This document shows positions 14,949-24,005 of a stretch of DNA of 31,876 nt, in pieces. The translations under genes and the position numbers were made by a program. Numbering within the stretch: the first letter of the stretch is position 1; each line of letters begins with the position of its first letter. The notes beneath the pieces are model-generated. The model saw only the letters and a list, made by a program, of their open reading frames with translations. It searched no databases and had not been told where the DNA came from. Origin of the DNA: an uncultured archaeon (GTDB lineage: Archaea; Asgardarchaeota; Lokiarchaeia; Sigyniarchaeales; SOKP01); the NCBI GenBank assembly GCA_964508365.1, contig CAZDTP010000049.1:1-31876 (forward strand), in the 5' to 3' direction.

Positions 14949-17135
14949 TTATGAATTTAAACTACATGAGTTTTTCCAATTTTCCCAAAACACACAAAGA
15001 GCCTCAACATCTGTTAACGAATAAAACGACAGTTGATCAAATAATTCGATTAACTTATAAATATCTACTTTATTAATTTGGTGAAGCGTTTTAAAGACAT
15101 CCTGATAAAGCTCAAACAATGTTTGGAATTTATCTTGAGAGAGATTCTCGTATTTTCGAATTTGTTCAACTAAATTTGACAAGTACAAAGATTCAAAAGC
15201 ACTCCAATTTTTTAAATGAGGTTCGAACTTGAAAAGAGTGTTATAACTTTTATTAGCTTCAACTATATTGTTTTTCATCTCTACTATCGAGGCGATAATT
15301 CTTCTTTGTTGATTCTTCTTCATTAAAATTAATAATCCTAAATCGCTTAAACATGAAATGTGAATTTTAAAGTGATGTATAATTCTATTCAGAAACGATT
15401 CAATATTGTTAGAATGAATGGTTTGAAAACCTTTTAAACCCGCTGCTAAACAGTGAAATAGTGCTTCAGCTTCCTCTTTAGTTAAAATTTCGCCTAAATA
15501 AATAATATCAGGAGTACGATGGAGCAAATTTTTAATTTGATTTTGCTTAGATGTTTGATGCTTTAATTGTTCTTCAAGAGAATCCACTTGATATTTTAAT
15601 TGATGCTTTTGATACTGTGATTGATTTAACGATTCAATTATATTTTCTACATATATTTTTCGAAATTCCTTAGGTGTTAAGAGATCTAATGCATTAATTA
15701 AAGTTGTTTTTCCGGTGTCTGTTTCGCCAGTAACCGTTATGTTGACCCTCCTTAAAATCAGAAAATATAAAAAAGCAGCTATCGTGGGATTAAGAGTGCC
15801 ATTCTTCAGTAAATCTTGAATAGTATATATATTTTTATTTAATTTTCTTATATCTAAAGCGAAATTGTATAACTGAACTGGTCCTACATCGATAGCAAAC
15901 CTACAATAGAAATATTTGTTTTTAATAACAACTTTAATGCTTGGATTTGAAAAATCAAGTCTTCTTCCACTGTATAACCTTAGAAATGTTTTTAATCTCT
16001 CAATATCCTTTATATCTAATTTTATATCAGTTCTACAGCGCCCAAATTTCTGGTGGTTAATATAAACCTTTTCCTTTGGAGAATCTAAAAAAATTTCTTC
16101 AATTTGATCGTCAATCAATAAAGGAAAAAGCTTTTCTATTTTTAATTTATGCAAAGCAGAAACAAATGATATGCTTTCTATTTCGTTTTCAGAAAGTTTG
16201 TATTTAGAAGCTAAATAGCGTTTAGCATTCATCTGATATAAACTTATTAATTCCTCTATTGGAATAATCTTTTCAGAGTCAAGAAGCTTTAAGTTGTTCT
16301 TTGCGTCGTTTACAATTTTTTTAAAGAAATCTTCTTCTCCAGAAGATTGAAATGAAAATTTAACAACATAATGTTTCTCATATTCGTTAATTACATCAAA
16401 AATTAGTATTTGAAAAATTTTATTCTTTCCAATACTATAAGTTTCATTCAAATCGCTTCCTGAGGGAATAAAAGAATTTTTTGTGAATTTATTGTTTATT
16501 GAAGCGATGGGTGTCTCAAATATGATAGAATTATAAAAATCTATAATACAATCGGCACTTTTATTTTTTATTGAAAACTTTTTGTATTTTTGAATGATAT
16601 CCAATTTGTTTAATATATCTAATAAATTGTCTAAAAGGGTTAAAACTTTTTTAATACATTTTTGACAATCAAAATTGATGGCTTCTGTTCCTTTAAGTTC
16701 ATTTATTTTATCAAGAATATAATTGAAAATCGAAATTGGTTCATAAATGGGATTAGTATCAGTAAAAAAAGGAAAATTGTATAAAGTTCCTATCCTACAA
16801 TTAAATTCTTGATATTTGCATTTTATTTTTCCAATATTATCTATTTTCTTCCAAATCTTTTTAATAGAACTAATTTTATTAAAAAAGCTTAAAATGTATG
16901 AAAGCTGGCTAGAGTCAATCACATTTTCGCGTCTTTTTATCGAAATAGTTTTATCTATACTATTTTTATTTAAATATAGATTCTTGAGTACGCAGTAAAT
17001 ACATTCGCTTGTGAAATTTCTGCCTTCTTCTAAATTTGAACAAATAGAACAATTTATTATTAACATCTTCTCTTCTTTATCATCCAACGAATTTTTTACT
17101 TGGAAATGGATTAACTTATCTATTTTCGATGTCAT
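14949..17135 (-). CDS. Type II/IV secretion ATPase (VirB11/CpaF/FlaI family) with a Cys-rich N-terminal extension
   Basis: IEEIFLDSP...YINH...GRCRT, DFSNP, FALDIRK, Walker A GETDTGKTT, HRTPDIIYLGE and His box TIHS. Confidence 0.92.
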   Translation of the reverse strand: MTSKIDKLIHFQVKNSLDDKEEKMLIINCSICSNLEEGRNFTSECIYCVLKNLYLNKNSIDKTISIKRRENVIDSSQLSYILSFFNKISSIKKIWKKIDNIGKIKCKYQEFNCRIGTLYNFPFFTDTNPIYEPISIFNYILDKINELKGTEAINFDCQKCIKKVLTLLDNLLDILNKLDIIQKYKKFSIKNKSADCIIDFYNSIIFETPIASINNKFTKNSFIPSGSDLNETYSIGKNKIFQILIFDVINEYEKHYVVKFSFQSSGEEDFFKKIVNDAKNNLKLLDSEKIIPIEELISLYQMNAKRYLASKYKLSENEIESISFVSALHKLKIEKLFPLLIDDQIEEIFLDSPKEKVYINHQKFGRCRTDIKLDIKDIERLKTFLRLYSGRRLDFSNPSIKVVIKNKYFYCRFAIDVGPVQLYNFALDIRKLNKNIYTIQDLLKNGTLNPTIAAFLYFLILRRVNITVTGETDTGKTTLINALDLLTPKEFRKIYVENIIESLNQSQYQKHQLKYQVDSLEEQLKHQTSKQNQIKNLLHRTPDIIYLGEILTKEEAEALFHCLAAGLKGFQTIHSNNIESFLNRIIHHFKIHISCLSDLGLLILMKKNQQRRIIASIVEMKNNIVEANKSYNTLFKFEPHLKNWSAFESLYLSNLVEQIRKYENLSQDKFQTLFELYQDVFKTLHQINKVDIYKLIELFDQLSFYSLTDVEALCVFWENWKNSCSLNS

Positions 17136-17264
17136 CTAATTATTTTTTTTAATTTAAATTTAAAAAGTCCATTTTTATTAATTTTAGGGGATAAATGTCA
17201 TTTCTGAATGAAAAACTTTTTTTATTGTGATAGATTTAACATTTTATCTTTTAAGTGATTATTC

Positions 17265-18284
17265 ATGGGACACCGTAAAAAACACGCACCAAGGCATGGC
17301 TCTTTAGCATTTCTTCCAAGAAAAAGAGCTGCACAAACTAAAGGTCGAGTAAGGCACTGGTTAGATGCATCAGATAATATTACATTTTTAGGATATGCTG
17401 GTTTCAAGGCAGGTATGACACATATTACTTATATAGAAGATCAGAAAAACAGCCCCTATTTTGGAAAAGAACTAATGAAACCTGTTACGGTTGTTGAAGT
17501 ACCATCTCTGATTTTGATTGGGATAAGGGTATATAACGAAGACGAATATGGTAAATATATCGTAGGAGATATTTTTTCCCCCGAATTAAATGATTATCTT
17601 AGTCGAAAGATTACCATCCCAATTAAAGAACAATATGATTTTGAAGGGAAAAAAGAAAAACTATTGAACGCCCTTAATCATAATAGCCAAATTAGAGGTA
17701 TTTTTCAAACTCAACCCCATCTTACATCTTTACCTAGGAAAAAGCCAGATCTTATTGAAGTTAAATTAAATTCCATTGGAAGGCCAAAAGATGAATTTGC
17801 TTATGTTCTAAATTTACTAGGAAATGAAATTAAGGCCAGAGACATATTAACCGAAGGAGAGCTAGTCGATATATTATCAGTCACAAAAGGAAAGGGATTC
17901 CAAGGTCCCGTGAAAAGATTTGGTGTTAAAATACTAACAAGGAAGAACAATAAAATAAAGAGAGCTGTTGCATGTATTGGTCCCTGGCATCCTGCTAGAG
18001 TACTTTATACCGTTCCACGCCCGGGACAATTAGGATTTCATCAGAGGACGGAATATCATAAGAGAATTATGGTAATCGGAGAAAATGAAGAAGAAATCAA
18101 TCCAAAGGGAGGATTTGTTAAATACGGAAATATAAATGGAGATTATCTTCTTATATTAGGCTCTATATCTGGACCAAAAAATCGATTAGTAAGAATAAGA
18201 AAAACGATAAGACCTATAAAATCCTTTGTGATTAAATCGCCTGAGATAACATTTATCAGTAGAGAAAGTCAACAAAGAAAATAA
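17265..18284 (+). CDS. rpl3: 50S ribosomal protein L3
   Basis: MGHRKKHAPRHGSLAFLPRKRA, GFKAGMTH, TKGKGFQGPVKRFG and GPWHPARV. Confidence 0.98.
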   Translation: MGHRKKHAPRHGSLAFLPRKRAAQTKGRVRHWLDASDNITFLGYAGFKAGMTHITYIEDQKNSPYFGKELMKPVTVVEVPSLILIGIRVYNEDEYGKYIVGDIFSPELNDYLSRKITIPIKEQYDFEGKKEKLLNALNHNSQIRGIFQTQPHLTSLPRKKPDLIEVKLNSIGRPKDEFAYVLNLLGNEIKARDILTEGELVDILSVTKGKGFQGPVKRFGVKILTRKNNKIKRAVACIGPWHPARVLYTVPRPGQLGFHQRTEYHKRIMVIGENEEEINPKGGFVKYGNINGDYLLILGSISGPKNRLVRIRKTIRPIKSFVIKSPEITFISRESQQRK

Positions 18285-18301
18285 TTAAAGATTGTGATAC
18301 T

Positions 18302-19090
18302 ATGGAAAAAGTTAATGTTTATGATCTAGATGGAAATAAGAAAAATCTAGTTGATATTCCGCGTTTATTCAATAGAAAACCTCGAATGGATCTTATTCAG
18401 ATAGCAAGTGAAGTTTCTTCAAGTAAGAATAAACAAATTCAAGGACGAAATAAGAGGGCAGGTTTAAGAAATACCGCTGAAGGTTGGGGAACAGGACATG
18501 GAATGGCAAGAACGCCACGTATTAAAGGTTCTGGGTTCCCTACAGCTCGAAACGCAGGAAAAGTCCCTTATGCAAAGGGAGGGAGAAGAGCTCACCCAAT
18601 AAAAGCGGATAAAATTATTGATAAGAAATTAAATAAAAAAATTAACAAGTTATCTATAATTTCTGCGATATCCGCTTCTGGTGATCTAGAATGGGTAAAA
18701 AAACGTGGTCATTTAATTAAAAATATTCCAGAAATTCCCTTAGTGATTGATGATAAAATACAAACAGTTAAAAAAACTAAATTTCTGTATTCAATCCTCA
18801 CAGAACTAGGACTAGCAGAAGATTTGTTACGAGCAAAACAAGGAAAGAAAACTAGAGCTGGAAAAGGGAAGATACGTGGGCGAAAATATAAAAATAAGAA
18901 GAGCGCCCTAATTGTAATTAAGGAAGATTTCGGAATAGTTAAAGCATCAAGAAATATTCCTGGTTTAGATGTTATAAAGATTGAAAATCTGTCAATCGCA
19001 AATTTAGCACCTGGAGGGTCGCCAGGACGATTAATTCTATGGACTCAATCAGCTTTTAGTGAATTAGAAAGGTACGAGGTGTTAGTTTAG
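18302..19090 (+). CDS. rpl4: 50S ribosomal protein L4 (uL4)
   Basis: [27 protein letters not shown] and [14 protein letters not shown]. Confidence 0.98.
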   Translation: MEKVNVYDLDGNKKNLVDIPRLFNRKPRMDLIQIASEVSSSKNKQIQGRNKRAGLRNTAEGWGTGHGMARTPRIKGSGFPTARNAGKVPYAKGGRRAHPIKADKIIDKKLNKKINKLSIISAISASGDLEWVKKRGHLIKNIPEIPLVIDDKIQTVKKTKFLYSILTELGLAEDLLRAKQGKKTRAGKGKIRGRKYKNKKSALIVIKEDFGIVKASRNIPGLDVIKIENLSIANLAPGGSPGRLILWTQSAFSELERYEVLV

Positions 19091-19091
19091 T

Positions 19092-19355
19092 TTGGAAAGA
19101 TATTATAAGATTATTCAAAGGCCGTTGATAACTGAAAAAACCTTTGATATTATTGAGAGGGAAAATAAGTTAGTTTTTATCGTTAATAAAAAAGCTAATA
19201 AAAGCCAGATAAAGCAAGCAATAGAGAAAATACATAATGTTAAAGTGATCAAGGTGAATACTATCATAACACCTAAGGGGGAAAAAAAAGCTTTAATTAA
19301 ACTCCACCCAAATTATTCTGCTCAGGACATCGCTATCGATTTAGGCATTTTTTAA
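19092..19355 (+). CDS. rpl23: 50S ribosomal protein L23
   Basis: PLITEK...ENKLVFIV...ANK.QIK.AIE...VKV.KVNT...GEKKA. TTG start 1 nt after the rpl4 stop. Confidence 0.97.
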   Translation: MERYYKIIQRPLITEKTFDIIERENKLVFIVNKKANKSQIKQAIEKIHNVKVIKVNTIITPKGEKKALIKLHPNYSAQDIAIDLGIF

Positions 19356-20477
19356 TAAATTTTCTTTTTTCAACTCCAAGAAATCAAGCATAACAAAATC
19401 TTTAAAGCTAAGAATTTTTAAATTATCCAACAAACCTATTTCATTAGATTCAATTAATTTCCTATATTCTTTTTGATTTAGAATTAATATGAATATGAAA
19501 TATCGCGAGAAAAAATTTTTTAGTAGTTTTTTAATGTACTTTAAATTGTTATCCTCTAAAATTAAAAATAATATTCTCTCTTCAATAAAGAAAAGATTTG
19601 GCTTTAAACGATGATAATTAAATTTGTTCAATTGCAGGATTTTAACAAATTGAGTGTTAAACTTAGAAATATCCTGAAAATTAAATTGACTTAATGAAAA
19701 AAAGATGTCAGCATCATTGTTTATTACATAAAAATTATCTGAAACATTTACCCTCCATAAAATACGATAGATGTTTGAAATATTCAGATTTGATTTCTTG
19801 AATAGCTCACAATCATAAAGTTGGTTTATTTCTTTATCTATGTCAATGACATTTGAGTTTACATCATGTTTTATGTCTAAAAAGTACGCATTTGTTACAA
19901 TTTTCTGATGATTATCGGTTCTAATATTGAAAATCATATACCCTTTTTGGTTAAAGTTTTTAAGAGCTTTCAGTAAACTATGTAAGGAAATCATTTGATT
20001 TTTTAGGTTCTCAAAATTCATTTGATGAGTCTGAATAAATTTTAGACTTTCACCATACTTTAAAACCAAAAAATTCGGTTCTTTCATTGAATTTGCTCCT
20101 CCATCTATATTATTTGACAGCACATGTAAAAAATGCCTTTTTAATTTGCGATTTTTTAAAAACGAGACAGAGCTATCAATATTATTTATCTTTTCTTTAA
20201 TTAAATTAAAGAATTTATCAATATTGCTTCTATTTTCTCCTACAAAGGATATAATAATTAGCGTTTTTCTTTTTTGAGGGATATTAAGCTGAATAGAATA
20301 ATAGATTAGATATTTATTTAATATAAATTCATTAAGTGGTTTAATTATTCTAAGAAAATTGTCGGATTCAAGAATTGAAAAAGCTATAAGCTTATTATTT
20401 TTGTTAATGCTTTTGTAATAAATTAAATGATTTTCCAATAAAAATGAAAACACCTTAAATTTACCCTTTTTAACCAT
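19341..20477 (-). CDS. Hypothetical protein, 378 aa
   Basis: Long ORF whose 3' end overlaps the rpl23 3' end by 15 nt. No family was recognised. Confidence 0.75.
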   Translation of the reverse strand: MVKKGKFKVFSFLLENHLIYYKSINKNNKLIAFSILESDNFLRIIKPLNEFILNKYLIYYSIQLNIPQKRKTLIIISFVGENRSNIDKFFNLIKEKINNIDSSVSFLKNRKLKRHFLHVLSNNIDGGANSMKEPNFLVLKYGESLKFIQTHQMNFENLKNQMISLHSLLKALKNFNQKGYMIFNIRTDNHQKIVTNAYFLDIKHDVNSNVIDIDKEINQLYDCELFKKSNLNISNIYRILWRVNVSDNFYVINNDADIFFSLSQFNFQDISKFNTQFVKILQLNKFNYHRLKPNLFFIEERILFLILEDNNLKYIKKLLKNFFSRYFIFILILNQKEYRKLIESNEIGLLDNLKILSFKDFVMLDFLELKKENLLKNA

Positions 20478-20687
20478 TTCAATATATTTTTTTATATAGT
20501 TATAAAAACTTATTATATTTGTTTTATTAACCTAAATTCGATCATTCCACTCTAATATACATGATGTTTAAAAAATTAGTTGATTTGAAATATAGATAAA
20601 ACTATAACTATCTCTTTTGAGAAATATATAATTAAAATTGCTTGTTATAATTTTTATTACTCAAGAAAACATGTTAGAGGTTATTAA

Positions 20688-21947
20688 ATGTTACAACAGA
20701 TTATAGCTTTCATAAAAGGATTAAGCCCTGATATTATAGTTCAAGCACCAGCTAGAATAAACTTAATAAATCCGTTAGATGCTGTTGAAGGCGATTTTTG
20801 GATGCCTTCAGCAGCAATCAATGGATTAGATAATCCACTATCGGTTTTTGTTTATATAAAAGGGAGGGAAATGTTCGGCTCAGTAAAATTTTATTCAGAT
20901 TTAGATGGTACTGGTAAATTAAATATTTATGTTTCAAAAGAAGATAAGATCGAAAAGGACTTAAATGATATAAAGAAGAAATCAAAGGGAGAATTTAAGC
21001 TCTTCTATGCAACTTTATATAGGTTAATTAAAACAAATTCCGCTTTTAGGGAGAAATTTGAAAAAGAGAATTTTGAAATTGGAATTATAACAACAATACC
21101 ACCACAAAGTGGATTGGGCGGGAGCGCAGCTATAATAATCGGGATTATATATGGCTTAGCAAAATATTTTGGTTTATATAATAACTTAAATAGTCTAAAA
21201 ACGGGAGAGTTTCCAATAAACAGAGATATTTTAGCAGAAGTAGCTACTAAGGTAGAAGATCAGGATCTTAAAATAACTGCCGGGTATGGAGATCGATATG
21301 TAATAGCGAGAGGAGGATTAGGGTTTTGTTCCTATGTTGGAAAAATTTTTCATAAGAAAATCTCATTGGAACCTTTAGCTATATACGATAGAATCGATTT
21401 AACCTATAATATCAAAAGTTTACCAATAATCATTTGTTTTTCAGGCGTATCTCATGAAAGTGGAGCGGTTCATGAAAAATTAAGGAGATATTATTTAGAT
21501 GGAGATCCCCTAATCATAGAGGGTTATCAATATCTTGCAGAGATTTCTTGGAAATCACGTTTTGCTTTGATGAAACATGATTGGAAACAATTGGGAGAAT
21601 ATTTCAAAGAAAACACAACAATTATGAATAACATGATGAGACATGTTGGATTTTTGCATGGAATTGGATTGTTTAATAATATTTTAATACATCTAATTGA
21701 ATACAATTCAGATGTTTTTGCTGCAAAGTTAACTGGAGCTGGTGATGGAGGATCAATATTTGCTCTCGTAAAACCTGATAGAATTGATACTGTTTTATTG
21801 AGTTGGAAGGATGAATTAAATAAAATTATTAACAATGACGAATATTACATGTCTCTCTTTCCAGAATATCCCTTAGAGGCAAGGGATCAATTAAAGAATG
21901 CTCAATTTTTTAAAATTAAAATAGTTCCTGGAGTGAAAAAGTTATAA
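20688..21947 (+). CDS. GHMP-family sugar kinase, glucuronokinase-like
   Basis: APARINL (motif 1), IPPQSGLGGSAA (motif 2) and AAKLTGAGDGG (motif 3). INPLD, ITAGYGDR and H..LR..YLDGD resemble plant-type glucuronokinases. The substrate is inferred. Confidence 0.85.
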   Translation: MLQQIIAFIKGLSPDIIVQAPARINLINPLDAVEGDFWMPSAAINGLDNPLSVFVYIKGREMFGSVKFYSDLDGTGKLNIYVSKEDKIEKDLNDIKKKSKGEFKLFYATLYRLIKTNSAFREKFEKENFEIGIITTIPPQSGLGGSAAIIIGIIYGLAKYFGLYNNLNSLKTGEFPINRDILAEVATKVEDQDLKITAGYGDRYVIARGGLGFCSYVGKIFHKKISLEPLAIYDRIDLTYNIKSLPIIICFSGVSHESGAVHEKLRRYYLDGDPLIIEGYQYLAEISWKSRFALMKHDWKQLGEYFKENTTIMNNMMRHVGFLHGIGLFNNILIHLIEYNSDVFAAKLTGAGDGGSIFALVKPDRIDTVLLSWKDELNKIINNDEYYMSLFPEYPLEARDQLKNAQFFKIKIVPGVKKL

Positions 21948-21991
21948 TTTATTAATTATATGAATAATTAATATAACGTTGGAGATTTTTA

Positions 21992-22186
21992 TTGAGTAAA
22001 TACGAAAGATACAAAAAACAATCAGTAGAATATATTTATCCTCATAAACACTGTAAAAGATGCGATAAAATGATTGAAGAGGGTATCACTTATTGTTCTG
22101 AATGCTATACGATTCTACAAGAAAAAAAGAAGAAGAAATGGTACAGGTTTAAAAACAAAAAACAAGAAACTGAAGAATCTGAATAA
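21992..22186 (+). CDS. DUF2116-like Zn-ribbon protein
   Basis: PHKHCKRCDKMI......YCSEC followed by a basic helix. TTG start with SD GGAG. Confidence 0.8.
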   Translation: MSKYERYKKQSVEYIYPHKHCKRCDKMIEEGITYCSECYTILQEKKKKKWYRFKNKKQETEESE

Positions 22187-22206
22187 ATAATTATTCTAAT
22201 TCGGTA

Positions 22207-23919
22207 TTATAACAATTGATTTAATCTCTCCATCAACCATGATTTATCTAGCATTTGAATAAAGGGTCCTAGTCTTGGTCCAGATTTCGAACCTAACAGG
22301 AGGAGATAGAAGGCCTCAAACATTTTTCTTGGTGGGATTTCTAAGTCCTTTTTAGCTATAGTAAATATTTTATTTTGTATTGCATCGGCATCAAGATAAT
22401 CGTTATCACCTAAATAAGCTCTAAATGTTTTTAAGCCGTTAATTTGATCATCAGATAATTTATTACTGAGTTTTTTGTCAATTGTTTCAGGAATTGTAAA
22501 AATCTCAATTTTATTTAAAATGCTTCTTATCGCTTTTTGATCCTTTAAACTAGTTATATATGATTTAATCTCATTGATCCAATTTTCTGTTCTTTTTAAA
22601 AGAGCTTTAAAGGCTTCAAATGATATTATACTTTCATCATTTAAAGTTTTCATGTATGAGATAACTTTTTCATATAATTTGTTTGGGGTCAAAATATTTT
22701 GCATCTGAGAGAGAAAAATTAAAAGTTTTAGAGGTATTCTGCTAGGTTTATGAATAGGTACGTCATTAATCTTAGTCAAAGGGTAAAGGTAATTGAAAAA
22801 ATCAAATTCTTCTTTAGATTCAGGTTTTTCAATCCCATAAAAAAGATTTTCCATTTTTTCGTAATAATCGTAGTATTGAGGAATTTCTTCCATCCTCAGA
22901 GAAATATGTTTCATTGGATTTGTTCTTAATATCAGCATTCGATAAATTTCTGGATCAGCTAATTCCATGTATTTTTTAGGAGTAAAAACAATGCCTTTAG
23001 ATGTCTTCATATCTTGATCGCCTAATCTTAACCATTCATATGGAAGCTTAATTGGACCTTCATATTCATAAATTTTTTGACAAATTTCTATCCCAGTGTC
23101 GTATGCTCCTCCTTTTACGCTATGATCTTTACCGGCAGGTTCACATGTTGCATTAAATAAGGCCCATTTTGCAGGCCAATCGACTCTCCAATTTAACTTT
23201 AATTTACCACTATATATTGATTTTTTTCCTTTATAACCACATCCAGGACACTCGTATAATACTTCTCGTTCTTTTTTTAGATACTTGATGACCCTATTTG
23301 GCTGAATACTTCCGTCCGTTGCTTTATACTGTATTTTATTGCATTCATCACAGATCACCATGGCAGGTATCCAAGTCTTTTGCATATCAATAAATAACTG
23401 TTTCCGTTCGTTATCCAGTGTTGGTAGTATATATTTTTTTAATATTTCCTTGATTTTATCAGTATTCTCAAGAGCAATTCTTATTTTTTCTTGCATTTCT
23501 CTTTTTTGATATAAATCATATGTCCAGATAATTTCATTTTTTATCCCAAAATATTCGAAAGTCGAAATTATTTCATTTCCAAAATGACGAGCGTAGCTTT
23601 CACATCCACAATCTTCAAAGGGACAGGGTATTAACGCAAATGGTTTACCTAAATAATTCTTTTGATATTCTGTATCTATATAATATGGAAATCTTTTAGC
23701 AGCATCAAAATCGTCCATGAATAAATAAAAAAAGACCTTAGCTCCTCTTTTCTCAAAAATTCTCCTTAAAGCATCACAAATAATTATCTCTCTTAAAATT
23801 CCAATGTGTATATGTCCTGAGGGTGTTTTACCCGTGGAAAAAGTAAATTCTGTTAAATTTCTTTTGGATATTTCTTCCACTGTCTCTTCTAGCCAGTGAG
23901 TGAACACTTTATTTATCAA
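22207..23919 (-). CDS. lysS: Lysine--tRNA ligase, class I
   Basis: STGKTPSGHIHIG (HIGH), KLNWRVDWPAKW, EPAGKDH, MKTSKG (KMSKS) and C-terminal SGPRLGPF. Confidence 0.97.
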   Translation of the reverse strand: MINKVFTHWLEETVEEISKRNLTEFTFSTGKTPSGHIHIGILREIIICDALRRIFEKRGAKVFFYLFMDDFDAAKRFPYYIDTEYQKNYLGKPFALIPCPFEDCGCESYARHFGNEIISTFEYFGIKNEIIWTYDLYQKREMQEKIRIALENTDKIKEILKKYILPTLDNERKQLFIDMQKTWIPAMVICDECNKIQYKATDGSIQPNRVIKYLKKEREVLYECPGCGYKGKKSIYSGKLKLNWRVDWPAKWALFNATCEPAGKDHSVKGGAYDTGIEICQKIYEYEGPIKLPYEWLRLGDQDMKTSKGIVFTPKKYMELADPEIYRMLILRTNPMKHISLRMEEIPQYYDYYEKMENLFYGIEKPESKEEFDFFNYLYPLTKINDVPIHKPSRIPLKLLIFLSQMQNILTPNKLYEKVISYMKTLNDESIISFEAFKALLKRTENWINEIKSYITSLKDQKAIRSILNKIEIFTIPETIDKKLSNKLSDDQINGLKTFRAYLGDNDYLDADAIQNKIFTIAKKDLEIPPRKMFEAFYLLLLGSKSGPRLGPFIQMLDKSWLMERLNQLL

Positions 23920-24005
23920 TTATTTTCACTACTTAACAAAACCTTAACTGAGTAAATCATAAAAATTATTTATCATTTTTCATTTTAAATAGTGGTGAAA
24001 TAGTA

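Noticed and set aside
16816-16998. 60-aa plus-strand ORF
   Set aside because: Antisense to the pilus ATPase.
17222-17407. 61-aa minus-strand ORF
   Set aside because: Antisense to rpl3.
21527-21835. 102-aa minus-strand ORF
   Set aside because: Antisense to the GHMP kinase.
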